In this document: positions 40,115 through 51,182 of the stretch, in pieces
Position numbering within the stretch: the first letter of the stretch is position 1
Layout of the letters: each line of letters opens with the position of its first letter
Program-made: the position numbers and the translations under genes
The notes under the pieces: model-generated
The model's input: only the letters and a program-made list of their open reading frames with translations
Databases searched by the model: none
What the model was told of the DNA's origin: nothing
Source: Macrostomum hystrix
Taxonomy: Eukaryota > Animalia > Platyhelminthes
Assembly: GCA_950097015.1 (NCBI GenBank)
Contig: CATNEN010000041.1
Span: 372,001 to 436,000 of the forward strand
Length of the DNA stretch: 64,000 bases
Direction of reading: 5' to 3'

Positions 40115-41860
40115 ACCGAAAACCTCAGCGAACCTTGCCCATGCCGCTGCGGACCTTTACTGAGCTGCGGCGGCTCCAAGAAGCCACAGGGGAAGCCACA
40201 GGTCGTCGAGAATGTCGAACCACCCGGCTCCGCCTCCGTCCAGAAGGACACCGACCTGGCCGACGCTCTAGCAGATGAGGAAATCGCCGAGTGTGTACAG
40301 ACCTTCAACACCTTCGACTACGACAGCGACGGTCGCATTAGCGTGAAGGAGCTCGGCAACATCCTGCGCTGTCTGGGATACGGCTTCTCCAAGGCCGAGC
40401 TCAAGGTGGGTTGCTGGCTGACCTGCTGCTTCTATCATCCGCTCAGCTGATTATAAAAATGTAAAGCAAACACAACAAATAAGTTTTCTGTTTAGGAAAG
40501 TTCATAAATACTCGTACTATCATAAATTTGTAGTTTGGTCAGTTTTTGTGAGATCGGCAACGAGATTAAAACGCCTCGAGCGTACGCTCGAATACTTGTC
40601 AAGTCAAATATTAGCGCCATATTAGTCGTGAGGGATAACTGTAGAAAACTCATTGAGTGGTCACGCAGTCCCTGCATGGTCAAGCGTGTCAGATCCGGCT
40701 GGTCAGGCAGTCGGCGGACCTGGACCGGCGATGAGCCGATCCGGCAGCCGACAGCCGCATCGGCGACGTCAGAAGAAGCCGCTGGGCCGCCACGGGCGGC
40801 ACCACGATAACCGGCCGGCGGGCGTGGCGCACCACATAGTCGGAGACGCTGCCGAGCACAACGCGACCCACTGAGCCGAGACCGCGACTGGCCATCAGGA
40901 TTATGTCAACGTCGGCGTCATCGGCGGCCTCAACCAGCGACTGACCGATCCCCGCGACCGGCCTCTCCAAGTAACTGGCCCGAATCGCCAAGCCCAGCCG
41001 CTGGGACAGTCGGTCGACCCGATCAGCCGCTGCGCACCGGCCATCCAAGATGTGGACCAGAAGCAGGCGGTCGGAGCGGCGGTTGAGATTGGCGGCGAAC
41101 CAGGTCAGCGCGGCGTCGGTCTGGTCGGTGTCGTCCACCGGGACCAGCACGGTGCGGCCCCGCGGGGCCGGCTGGTGCGGGCAGGGGCGATCCGTGCCGT
41201 GCGGGCTTGAGGTAGCAGGGAGACCTGCGGCTGGGCGCGGCTGGGTTCAACCTGTGAGAACTGGAGTCCTGGGCTGAGCAAAGCTCCAGGCTAAAAATGG
41301 CATCTGGGGTCCGCCACCCTCTTTGCCCAGGCCTGGCTAGCCAATGAAAGGCTTGCTGGCTGAGGGCGAGAGAGAAAGTTGCGCATAGAAACCAGCTTTG
41401 CCTGGCTTGCATGCTCTAGTCGCATGCACTTAGGAGAAGTTTTTAGAAAGGCGATGGAAACGGAGGCTTGCGGCAGAGCTAGGTCTTGTACAAGTACCAA
41501 GAGTTCTGAGCAGAGGGATCACACGGCCTCCCGACCTCCTCACGACAGGAGATGTTTGCCAGCGTAGACCAGAACCGCAACGGCTTCATCGACCTGCAGG
41601 AGTTCCTGGGCCTCGTCGGCCGCCGGCAGCTCAAGCAGCGGCTGCAGACAGAGCGGCAGCTGGCGCGGGCCTTCCGCTTCTTCGACGCCGACAGGGACGG
41701 CTTCATCGGGCCAGCAGAGCTGCGGGCCGCCATGCGCCGCCTGCTGCGCCCTGGCGAGGTCACAGATCGTCTCGTGGACGACATGATCCGCGGCGCCGAC
41801 AGCGATGGAGATGGGCGCGTTTCCTTCGCTGAGTTTGTCGGCATCGTCAGCCTTCGGTGA
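40115..41860 (+). CDS. Calmodulin-like protein with 4 EF-hands. Exons about 40115-40405 and 41549-41860; true start uncertain
   Basis: EF loops DYDSDGRISVKE, DQNRNGFIDLQE, DADRDGFIGPAE, DSDGDGRVSFAE. Phase-0 GT-AG junction (ctcaag|gtggg...gacag|gagatg). Confidence 0.88.
40689..41150 (-). CDS. Universal stress protein (USP-A family), nested antisense in the calmodulin-like intron; start probably in an upstream exon
   Basis: RTVLVPVD...A..W......D.L.LVHI and DIILMASRGLG...RVVLGSVSDYVVRHA..PVIVVP. Confidence 0.88.
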   Translation of the reverse strand: MLVPVDDTDQTDAALTWFAANLNRRSDRLLLVHILDGRCAAADRVDRLSQRLGLAIRASYLERPVAGIGQSLVEAADDADVDIILMASRGLGSVGRVVLGSVSDYVVRHARRPVIVVPPVAAQRLLLTSPMRLSAAGSAHRRSRSADCLTSRI

Positions 41861-42099
41861 TGCGCCTTGACGCTCGGCTGGAGGTTGGATGGCTCATCTC
41901 AGAAAACTTACACCTGGCAACCCATTACTGCAGCCTCCGTTCTCCTATTCTCATTAAAATTTCATTTTCTTTGTGGTTGTAGATTTTCGTGCGTTTACGT
42001 GCATTGTGTACAACCAGATTTTTTAATATTACAATTGATATTCGCCTAAATTTATGACGCATTTTAACAAAAAGTACATTTTACTATTAACTCGTACGA

Positions 42100-42600
42100 C
42101 TGCCCCTTCCTCCTCCCTCTAATCCGCCCCTTCCTCCTTCCTCCAATCCACCCTTCCTCCTCCCTCCAATCCGCCCCTTCCTCCTAACTTCAATGCACCC
42201 CTTTCTCCTTCCTCCAATCCACCCCTTCCTCCTCCCTCCAATCCGCCCCTTCCTACTCCCTCCAATCCGCCCCTTCCTCCTCCCTTCAATGCACCCCTTC
42301 CTCCTCCCTCCAATCCACCCCTTCCTCCTCCCTCCAATCCACCCCTTCCTCCTTCCTCCAATCCACCACTTCCTCATCCCTCCAATCCACCAATTCCTCC
42401 TTCCTCCAATCCATCCCTTCCTCCTTCCTCCAATCCACCCCTTCCTCCTTCCTCCAATCCACCCCTTCCTCCTCCCTTTAATCCACCCCTTTCTCCTCGC
42501 TCCAATCCGCTTGTTTTTCTTCCGCAAATCCACCCCTTCCTCCTCCCTCCAATCCACCCCTTCCTCCTTCCTCCAATCCACCCTTTCTCCTCGCTTCAAT
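42100..42600. repeat. Pyrimidine-rich minisatellite, 24-bp unit (ccaatccaccccttcctcctccct), about 20 copies
   Basis: Direct inspection. Confidence 0.9.
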
Positions 42601-42920
42601 CCGCTCTTTTTTCTTCCGCCAATCCCCTCATTTTCCTCCCTTCGATCCGCTCATCTTCCTCCATCCAATTATCACCAGTGCATTCATTTCTGTTTGCCGG
42701 GACCTCCCCACTGCCAAGAAAAATTAGTAATTTAGTTTGGCCAATAAAATTGGGCGGACCAAAGAAAGTCAGGGAAAAGCATGGAATTCGGCTAGACTGG
42801 AGTCTCCGCCAAAATTATGCGTTTGAGTAAATTCTCATTTCTAAGGTCTTTCTTATTTTCCAGGTTAGGAGAGTCAGAGCCGATTCAGAAAAGCGTCCAC
42901 ATTGAGCAGCTTGGCTCGGC

Positions 42921-43398
42921 TCAGGAAAGCTTGAGCTCTCCGTCAGGTGAGATCACGAAATCCAGCGCCAGCCCCAGCTGCCAGCCGATCGAGTAGCCGT
43001 CGATTTTGTCCAGGAAGAGAATGCCCCGCCGGTCCTCCATGCCGCAGCCGTTCCGCAGCAGACTGTACATGTAGGCGCCGCTCATGCACACGAAAGGCTC
43101 GAATTTTCCCACAGTCCGCGGCTTCAGGCAGGCCCTGCGAATCGCGCTGGAAAATTCGGCGAAGGTCGCACGGCCGGGCACGGAGCTCGTCAGGCATCCC
43201 AGTTTGTTGAGCGTCTTGGCAATGAAGAAGAACGAGTTGACGGCCACGAAGTCGGTGCTCGCTAGAAACTGAGACAGGATATTTTTGTGAATCTCCCGAC
43301 CGATCAGAGGCAGCCGCGCACTGGCGCTGCAGGCCGCCCAGCGCTGATCCACTCTGAGGGTTTTCTCGCCCGTCACGCTGAGGAATCCACTTCAGCAC
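42921..43398 (-). pseudogene. Terminal exon of a GDA1/CD39 apyrase (ENTPD5/6-like); no upstream catalytic exons found in the window
   Basis: DFVAVNSFFFIA...F....RRAC...PFVCMSGAYMYSLL..G.G......LDKIDG..IGWQLG matches the ENTPD C-terminus including ACR5 (W.LG). One +1 shift near 43385. Confidence 0.7.
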
Positions 43399-44776
43399 CT
43401 ACCGGACTCTTTGTTGTTTTTAGATTTAGCTAAATTCAACGATTCTCCCGCAGCGAGTTTTCCCGCAGGAAATTTCCCGCCGAGATTTTACCGCTGAGAT
43501 TTTCATGCACAAATTTTCCCCGCAGACTTTTTCCTGCAAGAAATTTCTCGTGATTGCCTGTTTACCTTCCTACCTGTCTGTCTGTCTGGCTGGCTACCTG
43601 TGTCGACAGACAGACAGACGACAGACAGACAGACAGACAGACAGAAACAGCTTCGACCAGCACGTGCCCAGAAGTTAGTTTAACCCATGCGCGGTAAGTT
43701 AAGCGCATGAGCAGTTTAGAAGAAGCCCAGAAGAAGACCTTGCTTGGGTCAAACGCTTCTTGTGTGCTTATTTTTCTTCATTTTAGCGGTTGGCAGCGAA
43801 TGGCGCATGATGGTATGCTAAAAATAGCAAAATCATGTGCCTGCTGCGTGACACGCGCTCCTGAAGGTCAGATTCGACTTAATCTATTTTCATAGAAAGT
43901 GACCCTACCCACAAAATAAAAGGAAACAGTGGTGACTGAAGTCCGCCAATTTCTTAGCAGGTAAAGCTTCAAGGCTGGTTGAACGGAAAGTAAAAAGTAG
44001 GCTTTTCTGTCGGCTTGTATTTTTCAGGCTTTGAGCAATAACAAAAAGCAGAGATCCACAACGAGTTATGGTGACACAGAATAGCGGGCTAAACAAAAAA
44101 CTACTCAAGAAATTGACCAATTGGAAAATAGGAAAACAAATAAATCTGAACCGGACCAAGAGAAATAAAAAATAGACGCATCGATAAGTTAAAGCAGTGA
44201 AAGCGCATTGTTTGCTTTGGTTTGTAGAATTGAAAATACAGAAGCGCAGGGTGAGCCGAGAGGAAAGCCTACCGGATAATCTGCAGCTATTGAGAAAGAA
44301 ACCCTTAAGCCCCCAAAACTTGGCAGAACCTCGATCCCTGTCTGGCCATAGACTAAACTTCACCTTAGTGGAGATTATATAAACTTTATTTCAGTGTCCT
44401 TAGACTAAACTACACTGAGAGGCCATAGACTAAACTGAACCTGTGAGAAGTGTTGGGTAAAAGGTGCCTATTCAGACTGCCCAATCTATCAATGGCGGAT
44501 AACCCTGAAACACACAATCCAGAACAGGGCACAGAGGCGGAAAGCGCAGAGGCACAGAAGTTTAATCACAACAGATAATTATTCCATGCGGGAAACGCGT
44601 GACAAATGGCAACAGGAATTACAAAAGGTAGCCTGGCTAGCAGCATGCTGAAAAAATTCCTAAAGCTAGAGAAAATCAGGACGGAACAGAAAGCTGACAG
44701 CGTTCAGAAGGAAAAGTCCGAGTTTCAGAAACAACTCAGATCAGCAGCCATGAGCCACACAGCCGCGCCGACTCAC

Positions 44777-45924
44777 CACTGCTGAGCATAGTTCACCGAC
44801 TGCAATGCGGGAGGGCTGAATTAGCGATATGGGAACATTTGGCTGCTCAGCTAGGGATCTGGGAATATTTGGCTGCTCAACTAGTGATCTGGGAACATTT
44901 GGCTGCTCAACTAGGGATCTGGGAACATTTGGCTGCTCAACTAGGGATCTGGGAATATTTGGCTGCTCAACTAGGGATCTGGGAACATTTGGCTGCTCAA
45001 CTAGGGATCTGGGAATGATTGGCTGCTTAGATTGGCTAGCCGCCTCAAACGTCAGAATATAGCTGAGGAGAAGGTCAACCAGACCAGAGGACTCACCGAG
45101 AAGCGGTTGGGCAGTTTAGCGGAGTAACGCTCGTCCATCTCCTGCTGGTAGCGGGCGGTCCTGCGCTGCCTGCGGTGGTAGGGCGTCAGGGTATAAGCTG
45201 GACTGTACAGCACATGCGTGCTCAGTGTTTACAGCCCAGATTAAACAAGTGCTTAGATCTCACCGCTCATCGCTGCTCAGTCCCGTGTAGGTCGCGCGCC
45301 ACACCCTGCAGGTGAAGGGAGAGTCTTTGAAGTACTCGATGGCCTACCAGCGGGATAATTATCTCATCAAAGCTTTACCAAGCCCCAGTGTTAGCCGGCG
45401 CTCACCCTTCGTCGCAGGCTGGTACGGAGGCCACGTGCGGCGGGTCCGAGGGCGGGGCGGCCTTGCGGCTGTCCAGCTCGGCGCAGTCAGCGGCAACCGA
45501 GGCGGGCGGTCCGACAGCGGCCTGGATACACGAATTTGCTTTACTGACTGATTCAGCAGCCTACTGTAAGTAGTAAAACAAAATCTAGATTCTTATTTAT
45601 CCACAGGTTTTGCACCTGGCAGGCCCAACTTCTCTCCTGCCCGCGACTCGCGTCCTTCTCTTTGTGAAAGAAGAGAAGCAGAGAAAATCGCAGCCAACAA
45701 AACAAAAGGCAAGCCAAGCAAGCCATTGCTGCGGGAGACGATGCCGGAACCCGGCAGAATGAAATTCGACAACTATCGGCTACCCCGCACTGCCTAGAAA
45801 GATGTGAGCTAGAAACCCTATGACCGGAACTGACCCCCGACTGCCGCTGCAGCTGCTCGAATGCCTTCTTGGCGAACACTCGCTCCCGTCTGCTGGCCTC
45901 CCAGTGATCCTGGTTTGCGGACAT
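44777..45924 (-). CDS. Unidentified multi-exon gene. Supported small exons 45406-45521, 45264-45305, 45097-45202, 44777-44815; 5' exon(s) within 45616-45924; possible last exon 44579-44659
   Basis: A chain of GT-AG junctions with matching phases (0,2,2,0) gives SWACQ|AAVGPPASV...ACDEG|VWRATYTGLSSDER|PAYTLTPYHRRQRRTARYQQEMDERYSAKLPNRFS|PSRIAVGELCSAV. No family recognised. Confidence 0.6.
44830..45030. repeat. Intronic minisatellite, 30-bp unit (ttggctgctcaactagggatctgggaacat), about 6.5 copies
   Basis: Direct inspection. Confidence 0.9.
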
Positions 45925-46065
45925 CCTGCTGCTGCTGCTCAGAGATATCAGTTCTAGCACAGATTCACCAGGTAGAGACTTTGCAGTCCAAGGAATGCCA
46001 CTCAGCAGAGCTGAAATTAAAAATAAGTAAGTGCGGTGTGCGATCCCCACTCTTACATAAGAAAA

Positions 46066-47007
46066 GCGAATAATCCCCACTGTGGCATGGCAGATGCGAA
46101 TAATCCCCACTGTGGCATGGCAGATGCGAATAATCCCCACTGTGGCATGGCAGATGCGAATAATCCCCACTGTGGCATGGGAAATGCTAATAATCCCCAC
46201 TGTGGCATGGGAAATGCGAATAATCCCCACTGTGGCATGGGATATGCAAATAGTCCCCACTGTGGCATGGGAAATGCTAATAATCCCCACTGTGGCATGG
46301 GATATGCAAATAGTCCCCACTGTGGCATGGCAGATGCAAATAGTCCCCACTGTGGCATGGCAGATGCGAATAATCCCCACTGTGGCATGGGATATGCAAA
46401 TAATCCCCACTGTGGCATGGGATATGCAAATAGTCCCCACTGTGGCATGGGATATGCTAATAATCCCCACTGTGGCATGGGATATGCAAATAATCCCCAC
46501 TGTGGCATGGGATATGCAAATAGTCCCCACTGTGGCATGGCAGATGCGAATAATCCCCACTGTGGCATGGGATATGCAAATAATCCCCACTGTGGCATGG
46601 GATATGCAAATAGTCCCCACTGTGGCATGGCAGATGCGAATAATCCCCACTGTGGCATGGGATATGCAAATAGTCCCCACTGTGGCATGGGATATGCAAA
46701 TAATCCCCACTGTGGCATGGGATATGCGAATAATCCCCACTGTGGCATGGGATATGCGAATAATCCCCACTGTGGCATGGGATATGCAGATAGTCCCCAC
46801 TGTGGCATGGCAGATGCGAATAATCCCCACTGTGGCATGGCAGATGCGAATAATCCCCACTGTGGCATGGGAGATGCGAATAATCCCCACTGTGGCATGG
46901 GATATGCAAATAGTCCCCACTGTGGCATGGCAGATGCGAATAATCCCCACTGTGGCATGGGATATGCAAATAGTCCCCACTGTGGCATGGGAAATGCGAA
47001 TAATCCA
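46066..47007. repeat. Minisatellite, 30-bp unit (taatccccactgtggcatgggatatgcaaa), about 31 copies
   Basis: Direct inspection; period 30. Confidence 0.96.
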
Positions 47008-47641
47008 CATGGGAAACGAAAAGAACAAAACCCTGAGAGTCGGTTTGTACAGCGGTTTATTTAAAAAACTGTTAAAAGCTAATTACTCGTAAATCAGGAA
47101 AAGTGGCTCCTGATAAGCTGAATGTGCAAGGCTTTTAGGGGAGATAAATAAAACAATAGACCAAACTCGCACACAGAATCTTTCAAGATGTGAGTCTGAT
47201 GGTCCGGAAACAAATTTCCTCAAACAAGATTGTCTCAGTGGCAGTCGGACAGACATAAGCCGCGGTTGCTGGGTGCCGAAGGAAATCATGAGATTGAAGG
47301 TAATCTGCTCAGAAATAGAATATACTTAAGAAGAGAATGAGCTCAGAAATGAACCAGCGTGAGGTCAGGCGTCAAAATACAACAAAGGAGCAAATAAATT
47401 GTCTAGAAAACTGATATAAAAATGTAAATTTGTACATTTGGTGTATACCAGTGCAGAAAAGCTAAATAAAGGGATATCAACTTAAAGCAAGTTGATAAAA
47501 TGTCATTTGACGAGAATGTAGCTATAGGCAACAAAAAGATGCAGCCTTGGCAACGGCAGACGACGGACAACAACAAAAATGGAGTGGCTTAGTGGGGAGT
47601 TGTGAGCTCAGAACAGTGGCTGCAGCTCTCTGGGCGCACCA

Positions 47642-49827
47642 TCAGCCAGGGAGATTCGCAGCATTCGCAGCTTGGTCCAGGTAGGCCAGCGTGAGCAGGC
47701 GGCTGGCAGTCACGTGACTGCTCAGCTGCAGGAGGCGGGCCCGGCGGAGCTGGCAAGGGCAGAGGCGGATCAGAGCCCGCAGGTGGCGCCTCTGTATCTG
47801 ATCAATGCTGTCCGCATCGATCCAGTCGGTCCAGCAGGCGGTCTCAAGGAACAAGACGATGCGCTGCTGGAGCAGCTCAGCGTGGCTAAGGCTGAGCTGG
47901 CTGAGTCTCTGCGCCAGGCAGCGGGTGTGCCGGCTGATGCGGGGCGGCTGCGGCGAGCGCGAGTCCTGCGACTCGTGCAGGCTGAAACCTTCGCAGAACT
48001 GCAGAGTGCCAGTGTAGGGCTGCGAGTTCCAGGCCACCTGGTCGGGTAAGCGGGGTGGCAGAGTGCCAGTGTAGGGCTGCGAGTTCCAGGCCACCTGGGC
48101 GGGTAAGCGAGGAGGCAGAGTGCCAGTAGGCCACCTGAGTGGGTAAGCGGGGTGGCAGAGTGCCAGTGTAGGGCTGCGAGTTCCAGGCCACCTGGGCGGG
48201 TAAGCGGGGAGGCAGAGTGCTAGTGTAGGGCTGCGAGTTCCAGGCCACCTGGGCGGGTAAGCGGGGAGGCAGAGTGCCAGTAGGCCACCTGAGTGGGTAA
48301 GCGGGGAGGCAGAGTGCCAGTAGGCCACCTGAGTGGGTAAGCGGGGTGGCAGAGTGCCAGTGTAGGGCTGCGAGTTCCAGGCCACCTGGGCGGGTAAGCG
48401 GGGTGGCAGAGTGCCAGTAGGCCACCTGAGTGGGTAAGCGGGGTGGCAGAGTGCCAGTAGGCCACCTGAGTGGGTAAGCGGGGTGGCAGAGTGCCAGTAG
48501 GCCACCTGAGTGGGTAAGCGATGTGGCAGAGTGCCAGTAGGCCACCTGAGTGGGTAAGCGGGGTGGCAGAGTGCCAGTAGGCCACCTGAGTGGGTAAGCG
48601 GGGAGGCAGAGTGCCAGTAGGCCACCTGAGTGGGTAAGCGGGGTGGCAGAGTGCCAGTAGGCCACCTGGGCGGGTAAGCGGGGTGGCAGAGTGCCAGTAG
48701 GCCACCTGGGCGGGTAAGCGGGGTGGCAGAGTGCCAGTAGGCCACCTGAGTGGGTAAGCGGGGTGGCAGAGTGCCAGTGTAGGGCTGCGAGTTCCAGGCC
48801 ACCCGGGTGGGTAAGCGAGGTGAGTCGCGGCGATTTTGAATCGGCTAAGTCGGAGTGACAAGCAATGTCTATTATTTCCCATATAACAACAAGATTTGCC
48901 GCGGACCTGCAGGACGATGATGTCCAGTGCCGCTGAACTAGCGCCACGCGGTCCTTGATGTGGAGTCGGGCGAAGCCTGGCAGCTTTTTGACCCAGCGCA
49001 ACATGGAGCTCAGGTAGCCCTCAATGAGGAGGAAGATCCCATTGGACATGATCATCCTCAGGTCATGCACCCCAGCCATGCCGCTGAGGTCGATGCGCAC
49101 AGACTCCAGATCCGGCAAGTCGCCAGCCTGCTGGTCTGGGGTCAGACTGCCGGCGCTGCTGCTCGCCGCTTGCTGCGACCGCAGACAGTGATGCTCGACT
49201 GGGATCTCCGGGAGTCGCGGCAGCAGCCGGCGGAGCCTCTTAGGCGGCGGGGCTGAGGGCGGACCTATGAGACTCTGCTGCTGCTGGGTGAACTGCTGGT
49301 GCAGCTGAGGCAGCTGCGGCGACAGGCCGGCAGGCAGCACCAAGGTAACGGTGGCTCGGGCAGAGCTGAATGGCACAAGCGACTGCTGAGAACCTCCGGC
49401 TTGCCGATCAGCAGAGCTGCAAGGCATTGCAAGCTGAGAAATATCACAATTGTGGCAGCCGACAATACAGGGTTAGCCCGCTGAATGTTTCATACCTCAT
49501 GGGATAAGCTACCGGAGATCTTGAACAAGCTGCAACCGCTACGACTGACCGATGGCCCTCGAGGTCGGGCGCCAGCGACTTGACCAGAGCGGGCCGCATG
49601 CCAACCTCCAGGCAGCGACGGAAGCGACAGAAGCCACACGAGCAGTTCTTCTCGGAGCTGAGCGAGCAGTGGCGCGGCTTGCGCATGCAGGAATAGGACA
49701 GCGAGAACTGCACCGTGCGCTAGAAGAACGACTTGCAGGCGTGGCAGGTGATGGCGCCGTAGTGATAGCCGGCCGGCCAGGTGCATGAGCACACTGAGCA
49801 GAGGTAGCTCTGCTCAGTTGCAGACAT
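47642..49827 (-). CDS. Divergent nuclear hormone receptor (C4 zinc-finger DBD plus LBD). Exons 49496-49827, 48907-49433, 47642-47998; in-frame TAG at 49720-49722 and at least 2 frameshifts in this assembly
   Basis: CSVC...GYHYGAITCHACKSFF*RTV...C......C.........CGFCRFRRCLEVGM. LBD signature MLRWVKKLPGFARLHIKDRVAL. The last exon has LSLSHAE.....IVLF...IDQIQRRHLRAL. Confidence 0.85.
48002..48813. repeat. Intronic compound minisatellite (39-bp unit gagtgccagtaggccacctgagtgggtaagcggggtggca interleaved with a longer variant)
   Basis: Direct inspection; lies in nuclear-receptor intron 47999-48906. Confidence 0.9.
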
Positions 49828-50122
49828 TGTTAGTGAGTAAACTGGAGCCTGCTTGCCGCTTCGAATTAACAGCGCAGCTGTGAAAACCATTTTTGTAGAG
49901 TTTTATTTCTGCGCCGGATGTGGCGTTAATGAATAGAAATAGGCTATTGGCTGCATTTCACCTGACCTGGGGAAAGGGTGCAGCGCACGGAGGATGGGCG
50001 GCAAAGTGGGCGGGATGACAGGAGACGGACGACGGATGGGCTGTGATGTCGGCTCGGAGAGACAGCCCGCCTAATCCGGTGTAAGCGCGTCAACCAGCAA
50101 AAGTGATTTAAATTTTGTTTTT

Positions 50123-51182
50123 CCTGACCCAGAATATAGTGAGAATTGCTATTCCTGACCCAGAATATAGTGAGAATTGCTATTCCTGACCCAGAATATA
50201 GTGAGGATTGCTATTCCTGACCCAGAATATAGTGAGGATTGCTATTCCTGACCCAGAATATAGTGAGGATTGCTATTCCTGACCCAGAATATAGTGAGGA
50301 TTGTTATTCCTGACCCAGAATATAGTGAGAATTGTTATTCCTGACCAGAATATAGTGAGGATTGCTATTCCTGACCCAGAATATAGTGAGGATTGCTATT
50401 CCTGACCCAGAATATAGTGAGAATTGCTATTCCTGACCCAGAATATAGTGAGAATTGCTATTTCTGACCCAGAATATAGTGAGGATTGCTATTCCTGACC
50501 CAGAATATAGTGAGGATTGCTATTCCTGACCCAGAATATAGTGAGGATTGCTATTCCTGACCCAGAATATAGTGAGAATTGCTATTCCTGACCCAGAATA
50601 TAGTGAGAATTGCTATTTCTGACCCAGAATATAGTGAGGATTGCTATTCCTGACCCAGAATATAGTGAGGATTGCTATTCCTGACCCAGAATATAGTGAG
50701 GATTGCTATTCCTGACCCAGAATATAGTGAGGATTGCTATTCCTGACCCAGAATATAGTGAGGATTGCTATTCCTGACCCAGAATATAGTGAGGATTGCT
50801 ATTCCTGACCCAGAATATAGTGAGGATTGCTATTCCTGACCCAGAATATAGTGAGGATTGCTATTCCTGACCCAGAATATAGTGAGAATTGCTATTCCTG
50901 ACCCAGAATATAGTGAGGATTGCTATTCCTGACCCAGAATATAGTGAGAATTGCTATTCCTGACCCAGAATATAGTGAGGATTGCTATTCCTGACCCAGA
51001 ATATAGTGAGGATTGCTATTCCTGACCCAGAATATAGTGAGGATTGCTATTCCTGACCCAGAATATAGTGAGGATTGCTATTCCTGACCCAGAATATAGT
51101 GAGGATTGCTATTTCTGACCCAGAATATGGTGAGGATTGCTATTCCTGACCCAGAATATAGTGAGAATTGTTATTCCTGACA
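50123..51182. repeat. Minisatellite, 31-bp unit (cctgacccagaatatagtgaggattgctatt), about 34 copies
   Basis: Period 31 measured (50123 to 50154). Confidence 0.96.

Noticed and set aside
45553-47092. Several 180-490 aa ORFs over the 30-bp array
   Set aside because: They are open in most frames because the unit is 30 bp and lacks stops; there is no evidence of coding.
47886-49427. 513-aa ORF as a single-exon nuclear receptor with a repeat insert
   Set aside because: A donor at 48906 and an acceptor at 47999 remove the repeat and rejoin the LBD halves in phase 0 once the 1-nt shift just before the donor is corrected.
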